A stretch of 64,000 nucleotides of DNA, from the NCBI GenBank assembly GCA_016699425.1, contig CP064975.1:2979-66978 (forward strand), written 5' to 3'. How positions within the stretch are numbered: position 1 is the first letter of the stretch; each line of letters begins with the position of its first letter. The stretch is from Candidatus Moraniibacteriota bacterium. GTDB taxonomy: Bacteria > Patescibacteriota > Minisyncoccia > Moranbacterales > UBA1568. The notes under the pieces are model-generated. The model searched no databases. It was not told the origin of the DNA and worked only from the letters and a program-made list of their open reading frames with translations. Below, piece after piece: positions 49,443 through 58,127 of this stretch. A program made the translations under genes and the position numbers.

Positions 49443-49482
49443 CGTCCGCAATACTCTGAAGAGGATTCCGGGCGGCAGCAGT

Positions 49483-49938
49483 CTAGTAATTTTTCATCTC
49501 GCGGCGGATGCGGCGGTCACTCTCACGACGGCCGATGTCGGCGCGCTTGTCGAACTGCTTTTTCCCCTTACCGACGGCGAATTCAAGCTTCACGAGTCGC
49601 CTCTTAATATACAGACGAATCGGGATCAAAGTCAAGCCTTCGGTGCGGGATTTCCCGATGAGTGAGCGGATTTCTGATCGGCGGAGGAGGAGGGTACGCG
49701 GCCGGCGATCCTCATGGTGGATCTTCACGCTTGCCCTCGCATAGCGAGGGATGAGGGCATTGGTCAGGACGAGTTCGGTACCATGGACGGTGACAAAGGC
49801 ACCCTTCAGGCTCGCATGGCCGGTTTTCACGCTCTTTACTTCGCCGCCGGTCAAGACCAAACCCGCCTCGTACCGGTCCTGGAGGGCGTAATCAAAGGTC
49901 GCGCGGCGATTGTAGGCGATTTCCTTGGTCGGCTTCAT
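49483..49938 (-). CDS. smpB: SsrA-binding protein SmpB
   Basis: 151 aa (...TGGEVKS...) with a basic C-terminal tail. Confidence 0.9.
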   Translation of the reverse strand: MKPTKEIAYNRRATFDYALQDRYEAGLVLTGGEVKSVKTGHASLKGAFVTVHGTELVLTNALIPRYARASVKIHHEDRRPRTLLLRRSEIRSLIGKSRTEGLTLIPIRLYIKRRLVKLEFAVGKGKKQFDKRADIGRRESDRRIRREMKNY

Positions 49939-50111
49939 ACCATTTCGTCAACTTCTGTATACCAGATATGGCCCTATAAAGCCATTCTTCAATAATTCCT
50001 GGTAGTTGACAGAATATACGAGATATGCTAATATGTCAAGTCGAAGATTTTTCGGCTCTTCTTTACCAATTCAACCTGGCCTTTACTGGTCACAACCAAC
50101 CGGAGTTCACC

Positions 50112-50678
50112 ATGAACGCTACTACCCTGACCCCGTCCGTTGAAACCACACGGAAGCTTTTCCACTTTGGCATGCTTCTTGCGGGCATCGTCATCGGGCT
50201 TGTCGCTGCCACTTCCTCCGCATTCGGTCAGACGAAGACAAGCGAAGCGGAAGTCCTCGACATTTCCGTTCTTCGCACCGAGAGACTCTCGACGGACCTG
50301 AGGCGCCCCGACGGTGCCCAAATAGCGGTTGCAGCGATATGCTTGATCTTCAATGGCCAACCGATGGAAGGCTGCGAAGAAGTGAAGGGACACTATCGGA
50401 TGGCGGTGCAAGTTCTCACCGCTCGAAAGTACGCATCGGTCGTACCGCTCAAAGAAGGAAAGATTCGGCACGATGTCGCATTTTCGGTAGAGTCAAGTAC
50501 GGCCCACAAGGCGTTTTTCGTTCGTGCTTTCAAGCCAAAGGAGGGGCTCGAATTCCAAATTGCGATTCCGCTTTTGAACAGGGATGCGGATAAGCTCCCT
50601 CAGAAGATCGATGAAGCCTACCGAATCATCAAGAGGATGGCAAATGCCTCTGGCGATCCTGGCTCAAGAATCAAATAA
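50112..50678 (+). CDS. Hypothetical secreted protein
   Basis: Signal peptide. No motif recognised. Confidence 0.35.
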   Translation: MNATTLTPSVETTRKLFHFGMLLAGIVIGLVAATSSAFGQTKTSEAEVLDISVLRTERLSTDLRRPDGAQIAVAAICLIFNGQPMEGCEEVKGHYRMAVQVLTARKYASVVPLKEGKIRHDVAFSVESSTAHKAFFVRAFKPKEGLEFQIAIPLLNRDADKLPQKIDEAYRIIKRMANASGDPGSRIK

Positions 50679-50773
50679 GCCGCCCGATCCATCACTGCTG
50701 CATGTCCCAACCGGGGTATGCGGCAGTTTTCTTTTTGTTTGCAATATGAAAAAGCTTCACTTTTTGGCTTTTT

Positions 50774-52453
50774 TTGGCTACGATAGGGAGCATGAAAGCA
50801 AAAATTGCCCTTTTACTAAGTGAGGTCTTGAGCGAACTTTCTTCAGAGTTTCCATATCATGGAAACCAGGAGGTAAAGGTTGAACGGCCCACAGAAGAGA
50901 AATTTGGAGACTATACGAGCAACGTAGCGCTAACAGCCTACGCCGGTTTTACGCACGTGCTTGATGGTCACGCGGACGAAGGTATTGTAGTAGCTCGGGG
51001 AGCAATGAAAGTGAATAGTCCCAGAGCCTTGGCGGAAATTATACAGGAGAGAATTGTTTCGAAGAATATTGATTTCCTGAGAAGTGTTGAAATCGCTGGA
51101 CCGGGGCATATCAATTTCTATCTGAGTGATGCGGCGTATGCTGAAACGGTTGCGTACATATTGAAAGAAGGTGGCCGTTATGGGAACTCGATGCAGGGTG
51201 CTGGGGAGCGAGTCAACAATGAATTTATCTCGGCCAATCCGACTGGACCGCTGCACCTCGGCAATGGCCGCGGCGGCTTCTATGCTGATAGTCTCGCGCG
51301 CGTCATGAAGAAGGCCGGCTACGATGTGACGAACGAATACTATGTGAATGATGCCGGGGAGCAAGTGATGAAGCTCGGTCACAGTGTCTTGAAAGACAGC
51401 GAGGCGGTCTATGGTGGGGAGTACATTGATGAGATAATTTCGAAATTAGAAATTAGAAATTCGAAACTTTCGGTTCGGGAGGTGGGAGAACGAGCAGCCA
51501 AACACATACTTGAACATTTGATTCAACCGATCGTGCAGGACACGATGCGGGTACATTTCGATGTCTGGACTTCGGAAAAGGAACTGATCGAAGACGGGTA
51601 TGTCGATAAAGCTCTCGGCATTCTTTCCGAAAAGAAACTTACTTTCGAATCAGAGGGAGCGTTGTGGCTGCGTACCACTGAGTTCGGCGATGACAAGGAC
51701 CGGGTGCTGGTGAAGAGCGACGGCTCGAAGACCTACTTCGCCTCGGATGCCGGGTACATCCTGAACAAGATGGAACGGGGATTCACGACTTTCATCGAAA
51801 CGTGGGGGGCGGACCATCATGGCTATATCAACCGGTTCAAAGCCGTGGCTCGAGCGCTCGGATTCACGGGCGAGATCCATTTTCTCATCGTGCAGCTCGT
51901 GAAGTTGGTGAAAGACGGCGTCGAGGTCCGCATGTCGAAGCGGGCCGGAAATGTTGTCGGGATCGATGAACTCATCGAGAAAGTAGGGCATGATGTCGCC
52001 CGTTTCTTCTTCCTCATGTATTCGCCTGATACGCACATGAATTTCGATTTGGGGCTCGCCGAAGAGCGGAGTGAAAAGAATCCGGTGTACTATGTGCAGT
52101 ACGCGTTCGCTCGTCTCTCGAGTGTTGAGCGGAAAGCAGTTGAGGCGAGCCTCGTGGCTTCATCAGAGCATCTCGAACTCCTCGTTCATCCGAAGGAGCG
52201 CCTACTCATCCGCGAACTCTTGGCCTTCCCGGAGATCGTTGAACGCATGGCGAGTGAAAAGACTGTGCACCAGTTGCCGCAGTATGCGGTCCGGCTCGCT
52301 GATAGGCTGCATTCGTTCTATGCTGATTGTAAAGTGATCGATGAGACGAATCCCGAACTCTCGAGCGCACGGTTGGTACTTATCGGTGCGACGAAAACGG
52401 TGCTCGCTGAAGCGCTCCGGCTGATGGGCGTGAGTGCGCCGGAAAAAATGTAA
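50774..52453 (+). CDS. argS: Arginine--tRNA ligase
   Basis: HIGH-region variant (NPTGPLHLGNGRG), class I fold and C-terminal DALR anticodon-binding domain. Confidence 0.9.
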   Translation: MATIGSMKAKIALLLSEVLSELSSEFPYHGNQEVKVERPTEEKFGDYTSNVALTAYAGFTHVLDGHADEGIVVARGAMKVNSPRALAEIIQERIVSKNIDFLRSVEIAGPGHINFYLSDAAYAETVAYILKEGGRYGNSMQGAGERVNNEFISANPTGPLHLGNGRGGFYADSLARVMKKAGYDVTNEYYVNDAGEQVMKLGHSVLKDSEAVYGGEYIDEIISKLEIRNSKLSVREVGERAAKHILEHLIQPIVQDTMRVHFDVWTSEKELIEDGYVDKALGILSEKKLTFESEGALWLRTTEFGDDKDRVLVKSDGSKTYFASDAGYILNKMERGFTTFIETWGADHHGYINRFKAVARALGFTGEIHFLIVQLVKLVKDGVEVRMSKRAGNVVGIDELIEKVGHDVARFFFLMYSPDTHMNFDLGLAEERSEKNPVYYVQYAFARLSSVERKAVEASLVASSEHLELLVHPKERLLIRELLAFPEIVERMASEKTVHQLPQYAVRLADRLHSFYADCKVIDETNPELSSARLVLIGATKTVLAEALRLMGVSAPEKM

Positions 52454-52477
52454 TTTTGCCTTTGAGATGTAAAAAAT

Positions 52478-53425
52478 ATGGAAAAGTATTCACTTCAAGC
52501 GGCCGAAGATGAAGCACTTGAAATTAAAAAAAATGCGACAGCAATAAGTGTAAGTCCTGACAGGGGGAATGCGAAAAAGCTTTTGTCATCTCCTCGCCAC
52601 GAGGATTATCAATCGGCGGATGAAGCGTTTGAGGATTCTCGCGAATTGCGTAGATTCCAACTCCCTGAAATCTATAAGATGCCTGAGAGTGGCCGTGATG
52701 TGTATCTCACCCTGTATGATGGCACCGCATTGCTTTCTGAGCTAAAGCGGCAACGAGAATCTTTGGGTGGAGAGGCCCGAACACCACTGGCAATGAGTAT
52801 TTTTAAGAGTTCTTATATAGGTAGCGCCGGCAAGAAGACGCTTTTGATGAAGTCAGCCACAGCGGATTATATTCCTGCTGATAATAATACGGAGCTCGTT
52901 GTTTTTTCATCGGATAATGCCCGATTGGCGGAGGATATCATGGCCTTTTTCTCAGATAAACTTGTGAGAATAGCAACGAGAGCAGATGGCATTAGGACAT
53001 TAAAACCAAATATGACGGATGCATTGAAGGAAGGTGTTTTAAGGAATCTGAAGACTGCCGAGTATGAGAAGTCAACCGTTGACCCGGAATTAAGGGGCTA
53101 TGATGAATGGTCTATGGACGTTCAATTCAGTGTGTATCCGGGATTGGCCCACAGTGTGAGATTTGGAAGTACATGTAACTCTCAGTCGTCCCTAGAGAGG
53201 TATCCTTTTATCGATGTAAAGAATTTACCATATGCAAAGCAACTTTGGTTTAGTGGTGGTTCGGATGCGCAAGGTTATAAGAATGAGGTCTGTGATGTTG
53301 CGACATTATTGGAGCTCAATGTATTCTTGAAGCAGCGGGGACATGCGCCGGTCTTGAGGTTAAATGAGAATCCCGGAATGAGTGCTGACCTCCCAGATAA
53401 AAAACATTATATGTATGTAGTATAA
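52478..53425 (+). CDS. Hypothetical protein in a distinctly AT-richer gene (possibly horizontally acquired)
   Basis: 315 aa with no motif recognised. Composition contrasts with its neighbours. Confidence 0.35.
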   Translation: MEKYSLQAAEDEALEIKKNATAISVSPDRGNAKKLLSSPRHEDYQSADEAFEDSRELRRFQLPEIYKMPESGRDVYLTLYDGTALLSELKRQRESLGGEARTPLAMSIFKSSYIGSAGKKTLLMKSATADYIPADNNTELVVFSSDNARLAEDIMAFFSDKLVRIATRADGIRTLKPNMTDALKEGVLRNLKTAEYEKSTVDPELRGYDEWSMDVQFSVYPGLAHSVRFGSTCNSQSSLERYPFIDVKNLPYAKQLWFSGGSDAQGYKNEVCDVATLLELNVFLKQRGHAPVLRLNENPGMSADLPDKKHYMYVV

Positions 53426-53611
53426 CCACGGGCAATAAGTCTTTATAGATTTCTTGAAACAAAAAGACAAACGCTATGTCGAAAAAACCAGTCCGTGAGG
53501 ATGTGTACATGCTCTTCTTTGCTGCCAAACTCTATGTCATAGTTGTCGGGGCGTTCATCTTTGCAGTCGGTCTCGATATCTATCACACGGTCGAAGCAAT
53601 CGAAAAAATGT

Positions 53612-54643
53612 ATGGTAGCTAAGTACGAAGCGAACGTTTACTACCTCGTCCGCCACGGTGAGGCGGAAACCAATGTCCTTGGTATCGTGAGTTCGGTCGG
53701 TGGCAAACGCGAGTATTCACTGACACGGCGTGGCAGACGGGCGGTCAGTGAGACAGCGGTGTTTCTCGAGCACGAACAGCCGGATTTTATCATCAGCTCG
53801 CCGGTCTTGCGCACTCAGCAGACCGCCGAGATTCTCCGTGACGCTCTCAGTATCCCACTGACAATTGATGAGCGACTCTGTGAGGTGCGCTTCGGCAATT
53901 TCGAAGAGACTGACTATCGGGCATTTCTCGACTTTATGGCTGAACATGGTGGACGCATAGCGGGAGCGCCCGAACTCGGCGTCGAAGGATATGTGGATGT
54001 ACGGGAGCGAGTGACGTCCTTCCTAGCGGATGTGGCCGGAACCTTTTCCGGGAAGAAAATTGTTATTGTCTCACACGGTGACACGCTGCAGGAGATACAC
54101 GGGGAACTATTGGGGACGCCAGTCGGGCCTTCGCAGGACGGCTGGTATCCGGCCAAGGGATCGTGTCTCTCGGTTTCCCGTAATGGGAAAGCGGAATATA
54201 TCCCGCCCCTTTATTTCTACAGCGGGCACGACGAACTATCCAACTTCTTCCCTGCGTCGTTTTCTTGGCGTGACCGGGTGTGGCCGACCGCGGAGCATGC
54301 GTACCAAGCCGCGAAATATTTCGAAACAGACAAGGAACGGAGCGAAGCGATCCGGAATGCCTCCAGTCCTGATGCTGCAAAGGTGCTATCGAAAGCTGCG
54401 AGAGCGCGGCGTGATCCAGATTGGCCAGCGAAGAAGCTGGCTGTCATGGAGGAGATACTGCGCGCAAAACTCGAGCGATACCCCGGCATTCAGCGATTGT
54501 TGCTTTCTTGGGGAGAACGGGAACTGGTCGAGGACTCACCAGAGGATGGTTTCTGGGGCCGGGGACCAGATGGTCGAGGAGAGAATCATCTTGGCCGACT
54601 CTGGATGAAGCTTCGATCGGAACTCATAAATCCGGCTGTGTAG
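53612..54643 (+). CDS. Fusion of a histidine phosphatase (phosphoglycerate-mutase family) domain and a NADAR/YbiA-like (DUF1768) domain
   Basis: LVRHGE catalytic motif at the N-terminus. C-terminal ...EHAYQAAKY...GFWG... matches NADAR-domain proteins. Confidence 0.55.
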   Translation: MVAKYEANVYYLVRHGEAETNVLGIVSSVGGKREYSLTRRGRRAVSETAVFLEHEQPDFIISSPVLRTQQTAEILRDALSIPLTIDERLCEVRFGNFEETDYRAFLDFMAEHGGRIAGAPELGVEGYVDVRERVTSFLADVAGTFSGKKIVIVSHGDTLQEIHGELLGTPVGPSQDGWYPAKGSCLSVSRNGKAEYIPPLYFYSGHDELSNFFPASFSWRDRVWPTAEHAYQAAKYFETDKERSEAIRNASSPDAAKVLSKAARARRDPDWPAKKLAVMEEILRAKLERYPGIQRLLLSWGERELVEDSPEDGFWGRGPDGRGENHLGRLWMKLRSELINPAV

Positions 54644-54701
54644 AAACCGCGAGGAAAGGGTGATAGACTAGTGAATAATTTCCAGTAAGTCGAACATCAC
54701 C

Positions 54702-55385
54702 ATGGACAAGGCCCGACATGAAGCGCTGTTGAAAACACTGGAAACACCGGAGGCACTTGCTGCGTACAAAGAGTCATACGACAACTACCAAGTCGGTCTC
54801 ATCCCCAAAATCCTCGGAACTATTCTCGTCACTTGCGGCAATCTGGTCTATGGTCAGGATCCGTCATATGGGAAATTCAAAGCCGTCGAAGTGATCGCCC
54901 GCATCCCATACCAGTCCTGGGAGGTGGCGAGTTATACGCTCCTCACCATGTTCTACTCGAACGAGCAAAAGGCGATTGATCTCTCCAAAGTCTCACGTTT
55001 CAGCCGAATCTCGCAGGACAATGAAACGATGCATGTCGTCGTGCTTTCGCAGCTCGCGAAGAAGTATGGCGAGAACGGCCTCATCCGCCACACCCTCATC
55101 CCGCTCCTGTTCTCCTTTGGCTATGCGGCCGCGTCATTCGTCCTCTATCTCTTCAGTCCCAAAAGCGCGCTTCAGTTGAACTACTTGTTCGAAGACCACG
55201 CCTTTTTGCAGTACTCACTCTTTGTCGAAAAGTACGCCGAGGAACTGAAACAGAAACCGGTCATGATCGACTTTCTCGAGTTCTACGGCCGGCACGTGAA
55301 GAGCGAGTACGAGCTCTTCGTCTCGATCAAGAATGACGAGATTATTCACCGCAATATGTCGGCCCATCGCGCCGACGAGCTCTAA
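54702..55385 (+). CDS. Alternative oxidase-like di-iron carboxylate protein (AOX/PTOX family)
   Basis: NETMH (cf. NERMHL), ExxH-type ligands (FEDHAF) and C-terminal HRADE (cf. RADEAHH). Confidence 0.5.
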   Translation: MDKARHEALLKTLETPEALAAYKESYDNYQVGLIPKILGTILVTCGNLVYGQDPSYGKFKAVEVIARIPYQSWEVASYTLLTMFYSNEQKAIDLSKVSRFSRISQDNETMHVVVLSQLAKKYGENGLIRHTLIPLLFSFGYAAASFVLYLFSPKSALQLNYLFEDHAFLQYSLFVEKYAEELKQKPVMIDFLEFYGRHVKSEYELFVSIKNDEIIHRNMSAHRADEL

Positions 55386-55554
55386 CGAGCTAGCCGCTTA
55401 CTTCGCGGGCACTTGACAGACGTGAAATATTTCGGTATGGTCATGCGGTACCAAGAACTTTACAGAAGGTTCTTTTCTTTTGCCTTGGTATGAGGAAACA
55501 GACTGTTTTTTACAAACCTATATCGTGAGCGCGCTCATGATACACTATGAGGAT

Positions 55555-56451
55555 ATGATCATGTCTTTGCGGCAGAACACATGGCGGCTACTCCTTCTCG
55601 GGGCCTTCCTAGGACTTTTCGGAATCGGGGCTTGGGCCGCGACTCCACATCTGGCCTGGATACCCGATCGTCTCGCACCCGATAGCTTCGTGCCAGGAAC
55701 GAATACCTCTTACCTGGTGACGCTCCAGAATCTCGGTCCGAAGCCGCTATCCGAAGCACCACATCTCACCGTCCTGGTCCGGGGCGATATCGCTCCCTAT
55801 GTCACGGTGCAAGACCCGAAGTTTCCGGGGGCGATCCGTTCCGGCGGAACGATCGGAATCACACTGCGGGTCATGGTGCCGGCTGATGTCCCGCTCAGCG
55901 TCAAACGAGGGGAATTGGTGCTCTTGAAGCGCCTGCCTGATGGAACAGTGAAGGAGGAATTCTCGCCGTCTCTACCAGTAGAGTTCACTTTCTCGACTAT
56001 ACCCATGCCGGGGGACCCTGGCGAAGCGGGGAAGCGGGACCTCCTCGGAATCGATGTCAATGGAAACGGCGTCCGAGATGACATCGAGCGTTATATCGTC
56101 TTCGCCTATCCGGATTCCACGAAGAAGCGTGAAGCCTTGATGCAGAATGCGCGAACACTCAATGACTATCTGCGCGATCATGAAGACAAGACGAAGACGC
56201 GCGAGAATGGCAAAACGGGAGATAGGGCAATCGACTGCCTGGCCCATGTCTTCAATGATGATCTCGAGGCGAGCAATAAGGCCGGAGAAGAGCTAGATGC
56301 GAAGTTCCTCAACACTAAGGAGCGCAGTCGGGCGTATCGGAAGGCCGATGTCCAAATGAGCGGCTGTGTGTCGGATACCGGCCTGGCAGTCCATCGTCTG
56401 AACCGGCAGAAAGCGGCTTGCCTCTTCAATGCTGATGCTTTGCCCAACTGA
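55555..56451 (+). CDS. Hypothetical secreted protein
   Basis: Signal peptide RLLLLGAFLGLFGIGAWAATP. Confidence 0.35.
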   Translation: MIMSLRQNTWRLLLLGAFLGLFGIGAWAATPHLAWIPDRLAPDSFVPGTNTSYLVTLQNLGPKPLSEAPHLTVLVRGDIAPYVTVQDPKFPGAIRSGGTIGITLRVMVPADVPLSVKRGELVLLKRLPDGTVKEEFSPSLPVEFTFSTIPMPGDPGEAGKRDLLGIDVNGNGVRDDIERYIVFAYPDSTKKREALMQNARTLNDYLRDHEDKTKTRENGKTGDRAIDCLAHVFNDDLEASNKAGEELDAKFLNTKERSRAYRKADVQMSGCVSDTGLAVHRLNRQKAACLFNADALPN

Positions 56452-56476
56452 AACGACTACGAAAGGAGAGTGTGAC

Positions 56477-57538
56477 ATGTCATGCTATTGGAAAGTACTT
56501 CTCATCGCGCTGACGTTTGTCTGGCCGATGTATTCCCGGGCGGCCTGTCCAACCCAAGAGACCGCGATTCTCTACATCAATGGGGTGGATAGTTCCAGGG
56601 GAGGCGTCGAGAGATCAAGGAAGGAGTTGGAAAAAGAAGTCCTTGCGAAGACTTCGGACAATTCGAAGGATTGCCTCATCTTCGACGACGTCTACAACAC
56701 CAACGAGCCGCTTTACCTTGATTTCCTCGAAGCCGGGCTGCAGAAGGCTGAGGAGGAGGGGGAGGCCCCAGAGACATTCTGGCGACTTGTCTTCCGTCTC
56801 GCGAGTAGCAATGCCTTCCCGTGGTTCAGTCCCTTTGTGGACGATCTCTACGGAAAGGTAGCGCGCGAAGCGACGCTCTATGTGCTGGGCGACCAGACGG
56901 ATGAGCATCTCGTCAAGTATCGAGAGCATCTCGCACTCGGCCGGCGCATCGTTCTCGTCCCGCATTCGCAGGGCAGCCTCTACGCCAACGAAGAGTGGCA
57001 GATGCTCTCGACTAGCGAGCGGTCTCGAGTGAAGACGGTCGCGGTCGCGACGCCGAGCGATCGGGTAGCGAGTGGCGGATCGTACACGACGCTCTTCGAG
57101 GATAACTTCGCCCGATACCTCTTCATCCTGGCGTTGCCGGCGAATGCGGCCAACACGGAGCCCTGCGAAGACGACTACCTCTGTCACGGCTTCCGGGAGT
57201 CCTATCTCCGTGGGACGAACAGCCGGACGCGGATCGTCAACGATATTCTCGCGCTGCTCCCAGTGCCCGTGACTGGCGGCACGATCGAGGGCGTTGTGGA
57301 CGACGGGTTCGGAGGCGTTCTCCCGGGCTGGGATGTGCGACTCTACCGTAGCGTCACGACATCGGCGATTGCTGCGACGGTGAGTGATGCGCAGGGCCGC
57401 TATCGACTGGCCGGTATCACAGCGGGAACGTATCTCATCCGAGCGACGACCAATGGGGATGCCTATGGCTTCCAGCAGGTGACGGTGACGAATGACCAGA
57501 CAATAATCGTCAATTTCCCGCCGCCTGTCCCGTTGTAA
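56477..57538 (+). CDS. Secreted putative alpha/beta-hydrolase (HSQGS nucleophile elbow) with C-terminal carboxypeptidase-regulatory-like beta-sandwich domain
   Basis: SD AAAGGAG, signal peptide, GxSxG-like motif, and a C-terminal GRYRLAGITAGTYLIRAT pattern. Confidence 0.4.
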   Translation: MSCYWKVLLIALTFVWPMYSRAACPTQETAILYINGVDSSRGGVERSRKELEKEVLAKTSDNSKDCLIFDDVYNTNEPLYLDFLEAGLQKAEEEGEAPETFWRLVFRLASSNAFPWFSPFVDDLYGKVAREATLYVLGDQTDEHLVKYREHLALGRRIVLVPHSQGSLYANEEWQMLSTSERSRVKTVAVATPSDRVASGGSYTTLFEDNFARYLFILALPANAANTEPCEDDYLCHGFRESYLRGTNSRTRIVNDILALLPVPVTGGTIEGVVDDGFGGVLPGWDVRLYRSVTTSAIAATVSDAQGRYRLAGITAGTYLIRATTNGDAYGFQQVTVTNDQTIIVNFPPPVPL

Positions 57539-57561
57539 TCCATTTGTACCGCGATTTGATC

Positions 57562-57597
57562 CGGTCTTCCTCGCGAGGAAGACCGGTTTTTTCTTGA
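57562..57597 (+). terminator. Rho-independent terminator (CCGGTCTTCCTCG-CGAGGAAGACCGG + TTTTTT)
   Basis: Perfect 12-bp stem followed by a T-run. Confidence 0.75.
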
Positions 57598-57627
57598 TTT
57601 CTCGGGGCAGGAATGATAGGCTCGAGA

Positions 57628-57825
57628 TACAATTTCGAAAGGCATCGAAGGGGTAATCACCCCTGAGCCGTGAGCAGAACGCTTGTAAAAGTTAGTAGAT
57701 CTCACCGGGTTAGCCCGTGATAGCTATGTAATGAGTCCGCCTCGGGCGGAGAAGCAAGGTGGTACCACGGTGAGCTAGTCGAACCGTCCTTAGCACAAGC
57801 GTGTTAAGGCTTTTTGTTTTTTTAG
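57628..57825 (+). promoter_or_regulatory. T-box riboswitch leader (Ile, specifier AUC) with TACAAT -10 at 57628-57633 and a terminator/sequestering hairpin at 57788-57823
   Basis: T-box sequence AAGGTGGTACCACGG at 57756-57770 (cf. AGGGTGGNACCGCG). Specifier-loop candidate GGGG-UAAUCAC-CCCU contains AUC+A. Terminator CCTTAGCAC-AAGC-GTGTTAAGG + TTTTTGTTTTTTT. It lies upstream of the small ORF plus ileS. Confidence 0.65.
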
Positions 57826-57829
57826 GACC

Positions 57830-58108
57830 ATGCAACACATCGCATTTTCATTGGATGACTTTGACCTCGGCATTGGGCTGTTGGTCTTTGTCGCGTACAT
57901 GCTCATCGACGGATTGTATGTCGCCTACACGTACTCTATCGTGAAGAAAGAACCGGCCATAGCAGCGACGATGGGTGCGACGATGTACCTCCTTATCGCT
58001 TTCGGTGTCATAAACTTTGTCGACAATTTCCTCTACGTGGTCCCGCTCGTACTGGGTTCTTGGCTCGGGACATACCTTGTCGTCAGGCGCGAGAGAGATA
58101 AGAAGTAA
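57830..58108 (+). CDS. Small 3-TM membrane protein (92 aa) between the T-box leader and ileS
   Basis: AGGA SD 5 nt upstream. Strongly hydrophobic. Confidence 0.4.
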   Translation: MQHIAFSLDDFDLGIGLLVFVAYMLIDGLYVAYTYSIVKKEPAIAATMGATMYLLIAFGVINFVDNFLYVVPLVLGSWLGTYLVVRRERDKK

Positions 58109-58127
58109 CCAACAATTTCAATAACCT

